A stretch of 64,000 nt of DNA from Eledone cirrhosa (taxonomy: Eukaryota), in the NCBI GenBank assembly GCA_964016885.1, contig OZ024743.1, positions 169,136,001 to 169,200,000 of the forward strand, read 5' to 3'. This document shows positions 23,232 through 37,217 of the stretch, piece by piece. The notes beneath the pieces were generated by a model. It worked only from the letters and a program-made list of their open reading frames with translations. It did not search any database and had not been told where the DNA came from. The first letter of the stretch is position 1, and every line of letters starts with the position of its first letter. Position numbers and translations under genes: made by a program.

Positions 23232-25456
23232 GTTAACGTTTAAAATTAAAAAAAATATATATACATATATATCTAAACAGCAATTAATGTACCCTTGTAC
23301 AGGGAAAAGAGAACAGCCAAAATTGAGAAAAAGTTAAAGGGCAAAAAGAAACAGACATTCAAAACATTAGGAAATATGAAAAATACATAAAATACATATA
23401 TATATCTTTAAAAAAAAATGTTTCCTTCAACGTCTGTCCCCTCGCGTTGCCTCAACGAACCAGCCAAATCAAATAAGGTAAAAAAGAGGAGAAAAAAAAT
23501 GTTTGTTTTAAAATATATCCACGTTGGATATCAACAAAGGTAGCCAGTGGCTAAAAATCCCTTAGAAAAAGGTAAGGCATGTATATCCCCATGCGGGGCA
23601 GTAATGTTCACAAAAAAAAGTTTCTTCTCTTCTCTCTTGATCAGTCATGGAACACACACGCAATTCAAAAAATGTCCCCGTCGGAAAATTACAAAACGGG
23701 GAAGGAACGCAACGCCACCTTGGAAAAATACTCTTTGTTTTTTTTTGTTTTTTTTTGTAAGTTGCGAAAAGGTTGGCAACGGCAGTGAAATATTCAAGTG
23801 AATAAAAAGGGCTGCTTTAAATTATTTACACGAATGAATCGTTTTGAAATTTCCGATGTGTGGTGGTTTGCGTCGGTAAGGCTATGAAACTGCCACTTAC
23901 TATTCCCTGTTTTGGTCAGTGGTTAAACAATGTTGTCGCTGCTGCTGCTGTCGTTGTTGTTGTCAAGTGTAGCAAAAAGTTTTTGAAATACTGCTAATTT
24001 TTCAAAAAAAACTTTGAAAGGAATATATTGTATCTTCGCAAGTTGCGAAAAAGGCCGGCAACGTGGCAATAAAAGTTCAACTGAATGAAAAAGAAGGGCT
24101 GCGTTAAATTCTTACATCGGTCACCACTTTAGCTGTATTAGTTATAGATGTTATTGAGATACGAGTGACATAATAATGATTTCAACAGCAGAAATTAGAG
24201 ATGAAATATATGTTTATTTTTGATGTAGCACAAACAATGGTGTGGTACAGAGGCTGGTTTCTGGCGTGTGATCAGTCGGCTTTTCAGTGGCTGTCTGTTT
24301 TTTTCTTTATCGCGTTCTCAACCAGCGTTGTTCTATCAAGAGGCGTGAGGCTTACTACACTATCTTACAAGTGAACATACATATATTTGCAACTGTAGAT
24401 GTAGATATTTAAAAAGTAGCTAACCTAAGATTATATGTAATTTACTGTCAATAACAGGTAAACACGTTTGTCATTCTGTTTTTCATTTGCAGTTATCTGC
24501 AGTTAGTTATAGTGTTTTGATTATATTGAACTTCTTAGCCAAAATAATATATCTGACTCTAAATGTAGTGTTTAAGCAAAAGTTAGGGAAATATAATTTT
24601 ATCGAGATTTTGTTTATGCGAAAGTTTGTGAAATATAATTTTTAACACTGATATACTTTTTGTTAATGTCTTCGTTAATGTCTTTTGTTAATGTCAGAGG
24701 TGGAACTGGTGGTAGAAAGCTCGGAAGATATCCTTAGACTGGAGACCTGGTCCAAGTGCTGGTAACAGAGTGGATTCTGTAAAAACAGTCCCTTCAATGG
24801 ACACCCGCACTTTTAATCTACCAAAGTACGACAGGATCCTGTGTTCTTGTGGTTCTGCTAGCGATGCCAGCAATAGCTGCCTCAAACCAGAAATATTTCC
24901 AGTTCTAAATTGAATTAGTCTTGCTATAGTCACAATATTTTTGTCAACGTGGAGCATTTTTAGAAGATACTTTCTGAAAGGATGAGCGATTTGTTTAAAC
25001 TTGAAAACACGTAGTTTCGAAGCAAAACACTTAACCACATAGTCATATGTCTCCGTTAAAATAGAAAACTACTGGATAATCTCGACCAGACGCATTTGAT
25101 CACAGATCTAATATGTCAAGATTGGCAACATCAACAAAAATGACACAGTTACCTAGTGCAAATATTAAAACCACCATCTTTAAAAAAATAATTAAAAAAT
25201 CTCGAAGTTTTTGGCTGACTTAAAAAGACAATCCCACAACTTCTCACAACTTTCGCCGTCCTTTGTAGTTTGAAATGTTGAATGTGAGAGAAATGTTTTC
25301 AACTTTCCTTTCTCTGTCATCACACTGCTAAGAAAAAGAGTGAGGTCTCATGAGAAGTATAAATGTGACCCTCAAAAATAATAAGTATGTTCAAATGTAG
25401 AGTGCTTGATAATTCAACCATGAGATTAACAACATCAATGACTGAGATATAAAATA

Positions 25457-25590
25457 ACAATTGTTTCTAGTGCATTACTGGTACTTTATTTTATCGACCC
25501 CGTAAGGATGAAAAGCAAAGTTAACCTCGGCGGGATTTCAACTCAGAACATAAAGGGCCGTAATTCTATGTTGCAAAGCAATCCACCGCA
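25457..25590 (-). mobile_element. Internally deleted tRNA-derived SINE
   Basis: Family core GGTACTTTATTTTATCGACCCCGTAAGGATGAAA. Confidence 0.8.
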
Positions 25591-25594
25591 ATAA

Positions 25595-26182
<588 letters not shown>

Positions 26183-26772
26183 CTAATATATAATGATTGG
26201 AGAACTGCGTGACTGTCAGGGAAATTTTTTCTGAACACGTTATTAAAATAAGTTGGATTACTTTGAATAAATCATGAATAAATATTATGTAATTTATGTA
26301 CTAAATTTCGTTGCTCTTGATTAAACATAAATATTCTTATACATAATGTATTACTTATTTTAAGATTCACTTCTTTTAAAATTTTCAAATGTCAATACTT
26401 CCGGTTAGCGTCCATTATATTATAACACTTCGCCGTATGCTTCACATTGCTTGTATATAATTATATATAAACTTTCCTATATTTGCATCGATATATCATC
26501 GATATATCATTTCTGTGTCTATTCTATTTTCTCCTTTTTCGTTGACCGTAATGCAGTTTATATGTAATATCTTTTTTTTTAAATGTATCATGGATTACTT
26601 TACAGAAGACAGTGTAACACTGATTCTCTTCAGTTTCTGGGCATATTGTCAATTACGAGTTTATTTGACGTATCATATCTACATGCCTGTATATTTGCGT
26701 ATAATAACAATATGCACACTACACATGCTAGCAGAAAACTAACCTTAGGGTGGTTTTCTTCTAGTAATAATA

Positions 26773-26866
26773 ATTGTTTCTACTTTTGGCACAAGGTCAG
26801 CCATTACCCAGTACATTATTGGTACTTTATTTTATCGACTCCGTAAGGATGAAAGGCAAAGTTAAC
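26773..26866 (-). mobile_element. 5'-truncated SINE with TSD TTCTAGTAATAATAAT
   Basis: Family 3' end flanked by a direct repeat. Confidence 0.8.
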
Positions 26867-26879
26867 TTCTAGTAATAAT

Positions 26880-27210
26880 AATATCTCCACAGTCGACAAT
26901 ATATCTTTCAAGGAAATAGAGAAACGCTCCAAATATAAAGATCTAGAGATAGAAATATGTGGAAAATGAAAAGAGAAACAATACCTATAATAATAGGTTC
27001 TCTGGGATTGATTAAAAAAAACGCACAAATACATAGCCCAAACTCCAGGACTTACAAATATATACAGCATACAAAAGATAGAACTACTAGGCACTGCACA
27101 CATTTTATGAAAAGTACTATCAATACAATAGAAACAAAATCATCAAAAACTACACTGCTCATACCCAAGGCACACAGAGCTGTGCTCGGTAAAGCATTAA
27201 TGATGCGCAA
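26880..27210 (+). mobile_element. R4/Dong-like non-LTR element, C-terminal RLE fragment
   Basis: KEIEKRSKYKDLEIEI / MWKMKRETIPIIIGSLGLI / IQKIELLGTAHIL motifs typical of the restriction-like endonuclease C-terminus. Confidence 0.7.
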
Positions 27211-27544
27211 TAAAAATAATAATGGAAATGATAATAGTAATGATGATGATGATGATGATGAAAAACAAAACCTGTCAAAGGGCAGAGGAACTCAGGAGGG
27301 TCAACGGCCATTCAAAAATTTGTAAAATTTCCAGCTGCAGAGTTTAAAATAGTAGATTGGCGAACACCACAGGATAGCCTACTTCAATTTTAAGGTTTGA
27401 GAGTCCCTTAAAGACGTTTACATAACCCCCTAGAGATGTCCCCCCCCCCTCCGCCCAAAAAATCAAAAAAAACACCAGTTATGGTGGAACCTTAAAACCA
27501 CTAACCTCAATGAGTGAAATAAATCAAAATATTTGTTTACACAA

Positions 27545-27900
27545 AGACGTGAATCGTGATGGAGCTTCTAGTGAAGGTGTCTCGTCCTGAAGGCATCCTG
27601 TGGTTAAGCAGCACAGGCCCAGTCGTTATTATGACACTGCTAGAAGGAAATTGAGTAATGAGGTAAACAAGGCTGTTATGGAGTGTTATTTTAGAAGCAG
27701 GCCTGTGAATAAAAACGGTGAGCCAATTAGAGGATATTAACGAAGGATGTTATGAGTATAACAGGAGATGGGGCTCTTTGAATTAATTAGATTTGTAATC
27801 AGGCAAGAGCAATACACAAAAACGGATGGCTATCTGAGAATGAAATTGAAATGATAAAGAAAAAGATAAGTCAGGAGGGTATGGAGGATATAGAAGCCCA
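27545..27900 (+). mobile_element. R4/Dong-like non-LTR element, N-terminal fragment
   Basis: Translation RRKLSNEVNKAVMECYFRSRP...IRGY..RM...NQARAIHKNGWLSENEIEMIK. Confidence 0.55.
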
Positions 27901-28284
27901 GGATGTTGGAAATTCACATAGAGATGAGAGTATGCCAAACCACCGCCCTAATAATGATTTCTTCATTAACCACAAAGGGTTTAGAAAATATACAGTAAGG
28001 ACAGCACAGGAATAATGGGATGAAAACTTTTTAATCATGAAAATTTCAACGGTTAGTTCTTTACACTTTAAGCGTGAAGTGGTCAAAAAAAATTCTGTGT
28101 AGTGGTCACATGACTGAAGGAACTTTTGATGTGATCTTAGCGTCACATCCTACAGTACCGAATGAACCACACACAGAGATAGAGCATGCAAATGATATTC
28201 TGCTTTCTAGCCCTCTCTGACTGAAGCTCCCACGTCCACTCAAAACCTAGGTTTGGCAGCTTAACAAACACGTATTGAGTTCTA

Positions 28285-31200
28285 GGAAATAAATAATTTT
28301 CTATAGATGATAAACACAACCATAAGGATATGGTCCGAACGTCGAAGAGCCGAATTCCCACTATCATCGCTTCCATCACTTTCGCTCTCCCCATCTCTCT
28401 GTATGGTGAGCAAATGGGGTCCCACGTGCTGGCCGCCCCACAGCCCCGGCGGACAGAATGGAGAAGGCGTTTCCCCGGAGGATGGTAATGGAGATACGCT
28501 GGAAGAGCCATTCCATCTCGCGTGGCTCACACCTGCGGTTGGCCAGCTCAGCACCTATGGTGGTGAGTAGGGAGGTAGCTCTAGGGCCAAGGACACCAGA
28601 AGTCTTCACTGCCAAGGGCACGACCGCAAACCTGTCGATCGGTACTTGGAGAGTTTTCCCTCCTCAGTCCGACGTGCAGCAGAACCTGGGTTTGTCGCAG
28701 ACTGCACCAGGTTGCGGCCGGAGAGAGTGTCGCTGCAAGAGGCATCCCAGACTAGGGGTTTTCCACCGCGGAACGGGAAGATGGTCAACCCGTCTGGACC
28801 TTTGCCGTCCTCTCGATCCATCCCCACCGGCTTGAGCTGGGAGGGGAAGCCTGCAGCATCCAAGCCATGCTTTATGATCTCGATGAGGTCAGCATGGCAT
28901 GGAAGGCGGCCGGCACTGTGGCGACAGGAAAGCCGGTGGGGTTTTGAGGCCGCGCAAAAACAGGCAAGGCGGTGCTGTCGAGCTGGTGCGTGATCCTGTC
29001 TGAGGCCAGGCTCACTGGATGGCATCCCGGGACTTAACGTCAGCAGGGGCAGAAGGAGGACGGACATCTACTGGGCTAAGACCCAGCCGGTCCCACGTCT
29101 CAGAGGCGGCCTCATGTTCCACGATCACAGAAAGTTCCATTGTATTTTGGAGAACCCTGCTGAGGTTACCGACGAAAGAAACGCCAACAAAGCCAGCGAG
29201 ATCGGGGACCGGCGGCCAAGGCCACCATATCTAACATGTAAAGTTGCCTGTTGCCATCCAATGTCGTCAAACCTGGCGTTGCATATCTCCTCAGCTGCCG
29301 CTTGGATACCAGTATAGAGGTCAGAGAAGAGAGATGCGTGGCTGCAGCACAGAACGCTGCGAAGGGTGTAGAGGAGCTTCGGCATGGCGAAGCAGTTCCT
29401 CAACAGGAAGAGTGCTGGGTGGGCGTCAATCAAGCCCAGTCGGCTCGTGAGGGTCTTGAGTTGTTGGAGCCTAGCCTGGACCTGATGATGGAGCGGATGG
29501 CCGGGTGGTGGTTCGGTGACCCGAGGATGAGGGAATCCTCTTTGGGGGTCACCTGTACCTGGTGGAGAATGAACCGCACGTCCGAGACGGAGGCTGCAAA
29601 GCTCTCAGCATCGTGGTTGACATTCACCACCTCCGACTTGGACGAGTTGACCAGGAGGCCGATTCCTGCATGGACAGGAACCACCGATTGTAGGTCATGG
29701 CAGACAGTCTCTACGGTCCGCCTAACGTAGCATCATCCAACTACCAAACGTTGAGAGGGGCCGTGATACTCCGGGCAATGTGGTCTATACCAAGAGCAAA
29801 TAAGGGGGTGGGATCAAAGGGTCACCATTTTGGACCCCAGTGGCTGAAGGTATGACCGTATCAGCAGCAAGGAGCATGCTCGGGGCTCTATATGATAGGT
29901 AGGTCAGCGTGTAGGCAGAGGGGGCTTGGCTGAGGCAGGCATCGAGCACATGGTCACAGCGTGTGCAATTGAAGGCATTCCTCGTGTCAAGCTTGACAAT
30001 GAGGCGTCTGGAGTCCCTGGATGCCAGTTCCAGCGAGCAGCTATTGGAAAACTGACTAGTTGCATGTGCGGACACGCCGACACATAGTTGCACCGGACTG
30101 AGCTCTTCACCGGCTTCTGGTGTTATGGACCTGTAGACCACCTTAGCAGCCAGCCTACGGAAAACATTGCCCACAGTGATGCCACCCTTTTTCTTCCTGA
30201 GAGCGGTCAGGCTAACCGAAAAAAAGAGGCCTCAGGCGTGAGCATTCAGGGCGCCATGGATGAGCCTATTGGTGAGTGCCACAATTGCACTCAGAAGGCG
30301 GCCACCGGCTTCAGTGGAGAGGGGGTATAGAAACTCCTTGAGGTGGCCAGCTCGGAGACCATCAGCACCTCCGGTGCTGCTAGCTGGGAGGGACTTGATG
30401 GCAGATATGATGTCTGCATCGGAAGCCACAAGGAGCAAGTGGGGATCGGGTGGGGGTATGGATTAAATGTCAGCGGGTGGCTCAGGGTGCTTAAGTCGCA
30501 GGGCAGCCGGGACCTCCTCGGTGGGTTGGAGGACAGTATCCTCTGAGGCAATCACTCTGACTGCGGCCGAGACATCACCCATGATTAGTTTTGCGTACAC
30601 ATGGTCGCATCAACGCTTGGCGCTAGCCTCAGGGTTGGGGGATTGAAGACACTCGAGAGCAAGGGGTGTGGAGTCCTTCAGCACGTTTGAGGTGGGCACT
30701 TGCCCAAAGGACGAAACATTGGCCTTGACAAAGGCTGTTGTCGACAGGTCGCCTCGGTCAACGCCAGAGTTGGGGAGGCCGAGGCCGAATGGGCGAAAGG
30801 ATGCGCTCACATTCGCTGGCTCGGTTAGAGTCCAGGGCACTCTCAATCGAGGAAGCGAGGGCATCGCCTACCGGCACCCGGGCCGCTCTCGGAATCTTGA
30901 GCGGAATCTTCCGGAGCTGCCCGAGCCGAGTGATGTTGACCAGCGAGGCTTGGGGATCAGACAATCTATCTCATCCGGTGGTGTGCCAGACGGCCGTGGC
31001 TGGGCAGATGAGGGGAAGGGACAGTTGCTGCATCTCTACGCTGCGTGGGCACTGAAGGCTCAACGCACAAGCCAACACAAGTGAGATGATCAAAACAGCC
31101 GCACCCCGAACAGTTCCGCCCCCTCTTCCATCTGTTCTGGGTGCTGCAAGTGCTGCAGGCGTCGACAGGTGGGGCTGGAGGATGGGTCATGGAGCCTAGA

Positions 31201-31316
31201 ACTGGTGCACCAAGTGGCATCAAGGGCGAGTGGCTGGGTGGAAGGGAAAGTGCTGGTATGAGTGAGACCTCATAGCTCACCTACACCAGATCTGAAGGTG
31301 ACAGAAGACATGAAAG
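28285..31316 (-). mobile_element. CRE-clade non-LTR retrotransposon (PHD-like finger + RT + restriction-like endonuclease), decayed
   Basis: GNVFRRLAAKV, VKLDTRNAFN, GVQNGDPL, W.LDDAT, ATLHVRYGGLG (RT). PDGLTIFPFRGGKPLVWDASCSDTL, EEGKLSKY, PLAVKTSGVLGP, LFQRISITILRGNA (RLE). CSTC...CSGCGCFDHLTCVGL at the N-terminus. The 3' boundary is approximate. Confidence 0.85.
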
Positions 31317-32559
31317 AAAACAAATGAGAGAGAGCTAAATAGAAGAGAAAGGGAAAAGATAAAGAGATGAAGATAAAAACGAAGAGAGGGAGATAGAGAT
31401 GGTAGAATATATAACTGTATAAGGAACAGGAAGAAAGAAGAGAGGGACATGATGCGTGACCGTTTTTGTTTTCAAATACCGTGAAATTTTTAATCTATTG
31501 TATTTGATAGAAATTATACTATTATATTATATCAAAATTAAACAATATACGATAATATAAAAAAATATAAAACATTTGCAATGATAATCTGGAGCATAGT
31601 TAAATTAATAAATACATTCAATAATTTAGTTATAAAATTCAAAGTTAGAAACATTATTAACTAACAAAGATCCTTACAAATATAGTAAATAAGTATGAGA
31701 GTGTTTAACATAACTTACTTGGATATTAGCATCTGTATATGCATTTTATATAATGTTTAGAATTATAAATATTATAAACAATACTATTTAAATCAATATT
31801 TGTCAATTACATATAGGATTAATTATTAGTTATATTTACTGTATTATTATTTCGATTCAACCAAATCTTACTGTATTCAATACTATAAATCAAGGTAAAT
31901 ACAAATTATTAATCAACTTGGATAAAACGAAAATTATACACGATAAATGTAAACAAAAGCTCCGTACGACGTTTAAATTAACTAAACGGTTTAAAAGCCT
32001 GAAGATATTACAGATCTCAAATTTAGAAAATTCAAAACATAAAAAGAGGATTCAAAACCAAACTAAAGGTATTTATTCAATCAAGAGATTATCATACTCT
32101 ATAAAAGAACCGATATGCATTTCCTAAGGTGAGGTAGAACATTATACATAATACCAATAATAATAGCATTACAAGAATTATTAATAAAAGTCAATATCTT
32201 TCCTCACTCGGTCAATGTTTTTTCTAAATTTATATGTTACTTGAAATGTTCTTGCAGATTTATGGAGGCAATTTGAAAATAACTCACTATTTTATTAATT
32301 AAATTACCATAATTAGCAATTATTAATAGAGTCTCTAGATTGCAAATATTGCAGTTAGGTGAGATGGAATTATTCCGATATGCTTCACAGTTTCTACGTT
32401 TAATTCAAGAGATTGAGTATTTTATATTTTTCTCTTTTAAAGACCATATTAATTGTGCTAATGAAGTAGAACATTTTTTATCCGGATTAGAAAAAGAATG
32501 TTTATGATTGGAAAATTTCAGTTTTAAGTTCGATGAAAAGTAATATCATTATTTGTTAA

Positions 32560-32735
32560 GGGTGGTGGATTGGCAGTATCGGTAGAGGGTCGGACGCCAT
32601 GCTTTCCAGCATAGTTACGATCTGAGTTCAAATCCCGCCGATGTTGACTTTGCCTTTCATCCTTACGGGGTCGATGAAATAAAGTACCAGTAACGCACTG
32701 GGTAATTGCTGGCCTTGTGCCTAAAGTAGAAACAA
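32560..32735 (+). mobile_element. tRNA-derived SINE in PLE
   Basis: Family sequence flanked by an ATTATTTGTT duplication. Confidence 0.88.
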
Positions 32736-32973
32736 TTATTATTTGTTTTAATGGTACATTTATATACTAAATTCTTATCAATGCAGTTATTTTGTAAAGG
32801 GCATTCAGATTTCCTTCTACAGTTACAGTTCGATTTCATGCTATTTCCATAATCTAAACTGTTCGCTTTATCATTGTTAATATTTATAGGTGTTCTACTA
32901 TATGTGCTTAAATTATTGTTATTGTTATTCTCAATAACTATGGTATTATTATTATTATTATTGTTATTATATA

Positions 32974-33155
32974 CGGCGGTGAATTGGCAGTATCGGTAGA
33001 GGGTCGGACATGCTTTCCAGCATAGTTACTTCCCTTTACGATCTGAGTTCAAATCCCGGCGAGGTTAACTTTGCCTTTCATCCTTGCGAGGTCGATAAAA
33101 TAAAGTACCAGTAATGTACTGTGTAATTGCTGGCCTTGTGCCAAAAGTAGAAACA
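32974..33155 (+). mobile_element. tRNA-derived SINE in PLE
   Basis: Family sequence flanked by ATTATTATTGTTATTAT repeats. Confidence 0.88.
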
Positions 33156-35015
33156 ATTATTATTGTTATTATCGCTAATTATATGTTGGTTAGAACTATG
33201 AATTCTGCTATTTATTTTTGAAATATTTTGAGCCAAATTCATAGTTGTTGAGTAAGAAAGTTTAACTGTGTGTCTATTGAAGATAGAGTAATATTTATGT
33301 GTTCTAGGGAAACATTTATCCAAGGCTTTAAAAAATAAATGGGCTAAAGGTATTTTAATAGCTAAAGATGCTGGTGGGGCATACCAAATAATAGATGTAG
33401 TTCTAATTTTTTTCACTGATTTATTCTCGAGATTACTATTTTTATTTATATATTTATTTTTATTTTTACAGTCAGTTTTATTTATATTATTCCTATTGTT
33501 ATGAATATTTTGTTTATAATTACAATTATTATTTTCTACATATTCAATATTATTTTTATACACTACTTTATGTAACGCTTCATTATAATATCCAGCTTTA
33601 CTATTAAAAATAGATTTGTTAGCAGATAATCTAGTTAAACATTGTTGAACATTATTGACTATTGCATTTTTAACACATTTAGGATGATTAGAATAAAAAC
33701 TAACATAATTGAGGTTTTCATTGGGTTTATGGAAGGGGTAATATAGGCCTGAGTTTAAATTAAGGGTAACGTCTAGGAAGTTAACTATTTTACTGTTATT
33801 TTCTACTTCTAATTTCAGGTCGTAATTTTTAAAGAATTCTATAATTATTTTCTTTACTCTATTTATTTCACTATCGCTATGAATTTCGACATTACCATGG
33901 GATCGTCCAACTCTGCGCAAGTTACCGATCTTCTGGGAATTTGTATCCTTAATATGATAAATAGAAAACTGCCGGAGATTACAGGTGGTTTATATAGAGA
34001 TGATATATTATTTACTGTAGTTAAACATAGCGATAGTGAATTAAATAAGAGTAAATATAACTAATAATTAATCCGATATGTAATTGACAAATATTGATTT
34101 AAATAGTATTGTTTATAATATTTATAATTCTAAACATTATATAAAATGCATATACAGGTGCTAATATCCAAGTAAGTTATGTTAAACACTCTCATACTTA
34201 TTTACTATATTTATAAGGATCATTGTGAGTTAAATGTTTCTAACTTTGAATTTTATAACTAAATTATTGAATGTATTTATTAAATTAACTATGCTCCAGA
34301 TTATCATTGCAAATGTTTTATATTTTTTTATATTATCGTATATTGTTTAATTTTGATATAATATAATAGTATAATTTCTATCAAATACAATAGATTAAAA
34401 ATTTCACGGTATTTGAAAACAAAAACGGTCACGCATCATGTCCCTCTCTTCTTTCTTCCTGTTCCTTATACAGTTATATATTCTACCATCTCTATCTCCC
34501 TCTCTTCGTTTTTATCTTCATCTCTTTATCTTTTCCCTTTCTCTTCTATTTAGCTCTCTCTCATTTGTTTTCTTTCATGTCTTCTGTCACCTTCAGATCT
34601 GGTGTAGGTGAGCTATGAGGTCTCACTCATACCAGCACTTTCCCTTCCACCCAGCCACTCGCCCTTGATGCCACTTGGTGCACCAGTTCTAGGCTCCATT
34701 CTTCATCTCTTTATCTTTTCCCTTTCTCTTCTATTTAGCTCTCTCTCATTTGTTTTTTCTCTAATACGGATATTTACATATTTAAATATTTAAATATTTA
34801 ACATTTATGTACTTATGTGTTTATGTAGTTATTTATTTTATTTATGTATTTATTTTAATTTTTCTACACTTTCTCCTACTCACCCTCTCCATTATATTTA
34901 GTTTGTCATGTTAGCACTTATGGTATATAAATATTGAGTTTTGTTGTAATTAATCACTGCCAAGACTGGAATTGAACCATCAGCACAGTTGAGGTATGTC
35001 GTACATCAATTTATG

Positions 35016-35082
35016 TATTTTATCTGATGAGGACGTACTGAAAAAACAGCACAGTACCTCCGAAATATATATAATAAAATAT
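35016..35082 (+). ncRNA. Type I hammerhead ribozyme (family A)
   Basis: TATTTTAT-CTGATGA(35024)-GGACGTACTG/CAGTACCTCC-GAAA(35062)-TATATA-TA-ATAAAATA. Confidence 0.87.
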
Positions 35083-35869
35083 ATTTTGATTAAGTGAATG
35101 TCTACATTTATTAATATTTTGAATTAATATTAATAACCCCAGAAACCCTTTACTGTTGAGTGCTTCTAATCTATTGTAAAACTGTATTCATTGATTATTC
35201 AATGAACCTTGTTTAACTTTTGGTTATATATATTTATATATAGATATACATATACATTGTAGGTCGCTTTAACCCGTCTTTTATTATTCAAAAAAATTCT
35301 TTGTGCGCCATTCATCTAACTGTAGACCAAAGGTTCTCAACCCATTTTGGCCAAACGACCCCTTTTTCCTCTCGAAATCACGAAACGCCCCCCTACCCTA
35401 TTTTTCAATTTTTCAATATACTACTGATTTTGATATCAGTAAATTACTGGGCCAAATCAAGTTATCTTAGATTCTTTAAAAAATACTCGTACGAATTAAA
35501 TACAAAAGAGTTTCAATCCAAAACAAAAGCAAGCTATTTCAAATTATATATTTTTGAAATAAAAAAAAAACATTTGATCTCAGTCGAAAAAGCTTTTTTT
35601 TTTTTAAATTCTATATTTCACTGTTAGCTGTTGTAATATATTGAGTGGATAGACTATTGAAACTGCAAAGTCAAAATACAAAGATGCAAAATATGAAGAA
35701 TTTCTTACCTTTCTCTGAAATCACAAACTCAGGGGAAAAATAGTACCTTGCAAAATAATATACCTCGTAGCAAAATAAGTAGTAAGGAATGAATTGAGAA
35801 GCTTGGTGACTGAGAAAGCAATATTTTTATCCCTTATATATAAACATAGATACACACACACACACACAC

Positions 35870-35929
<60 letters not shown>

Positions 35930-36059
35930 GAAGAGAGAAAGAGGGAGGGACAGAGAGAGTAAGAAATGTGTGTGTGTTTGGTACACGTCTATCTATCTCT
36001 CTATCTATTTATCTCCAACAGGGGGCTCACACATGCGGCCCGGAAACTACTTATCTGTG

Positions 36060-36270
36060 GCCCGTGGAATCGTTAGCACATCTGGCGAAATGCTTAACGG
36101 TACTTCTTCCGTTTTTACGTTCTGAGTTCAAATTCCGCCGATCTCAACTTTGCCTTACATCCTTTTGGGGTCGATGAATTAAGTACCAGTTGTGTACTAG
36201 GATCGATGCAATCGACTGAACCCTAAACCCCAAATTTCATGCCTTTTTCCTATAGTAGAAATGATTATAA
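36060..36270 (+). mobile_element. tRNA-derived SINE (related subfamily)
   Basis: GGAATCGTTAGC...TTCTGAGTTCAAATTCCGCCGA...GGGGTCGAT...AAGTACCAG. Confidence 0.8.
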
Positions 36271-36414
36271 CTGGTGAAAATGTTCACCCACGACCGCGTT
36301 TGGCCCACTGTGCCTCTCCTCCAGGACGTAATAGTCCTTTTGTGTCCTTGAGTTTGAGATCCCTCTTCTACATACACACACACACATACACGCATATATA
36401 TATATATTTTACTT

Positions 36415-36776
<362 letters not shown>

Positions 36777-36793
36777 AATATTTATATATATAA

Positions 36794-36973
36794 CCTTACA
36801 CACTTAAATATAAATGCATGTATATATATACAAATGTATAAATGCATAGCTATATACATACGTAAATGTATGTATGTATGTAGATTTATATATATATATA
36901 TGTATGTATGTATGTAGATTTATATGTATATATATATACATATATATATATATAAATATATGTATGTATGTAG

Positions 36974-37035
<62 letters not shown>

Positions 37036-37056
37036 ATTTATATATATATGTATGTA

Positions 37057-37125
<69 letters not shown>

Positions 37126-37217
37126 CTACATACATATATACATACATTTACGTATGTATATAGCTATGCATTTATACATTTGTATATATACATGCATTTA
37201 TATTTAAGTGCGTAAGG
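36794..37217. repeat. Inverted repeat (~100-bp arms) around a TA/TATG-rich core
   Basis: CCTTACACACTTAAATATAAATGCATG... versus ...CATGCATTTATATTTAAGTGCGTAAGG. Confidence 0.85.

Larger units (their letters stand above)
17649..24359 (-). mobile_element. Near full-length Ty3/Gypsy LTR retrotransposon with duplicated gag
   Basis: LTRs at 24128-24359 (5') and 17649-18082 (3', with SINE inside), very similar to each other. TSD CTAT at 17645-17648 and 24360-24363. PBS TGGTGACCGATG (minus) next to the 5' LTR. PPT at 18083-18094. Domain order PR-RT-RH-IN. Confidence 0.96.
31317..35230 (-). mobile_element. Nematis-like PLE (minus) with inverted pLTR/3'UTR copy at its 5' end
   Basis: ORF 33078-33920 (VNFLDVTLN, YSNHP, IIWYAPP, IFNRHTVKLSYS). 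GIY-YIG remnants at 32220-32830. 31189-31835 is reverse-complemented at 34055-34699. HHR at 35024. Confidence 0.85.

Noticed and set aside
24694-25038. 114-aa minus-strand ORF downstream of the Gypsy
   Set aside because: No recognisable motif or convincing splice signals, so it cannot be assigned.
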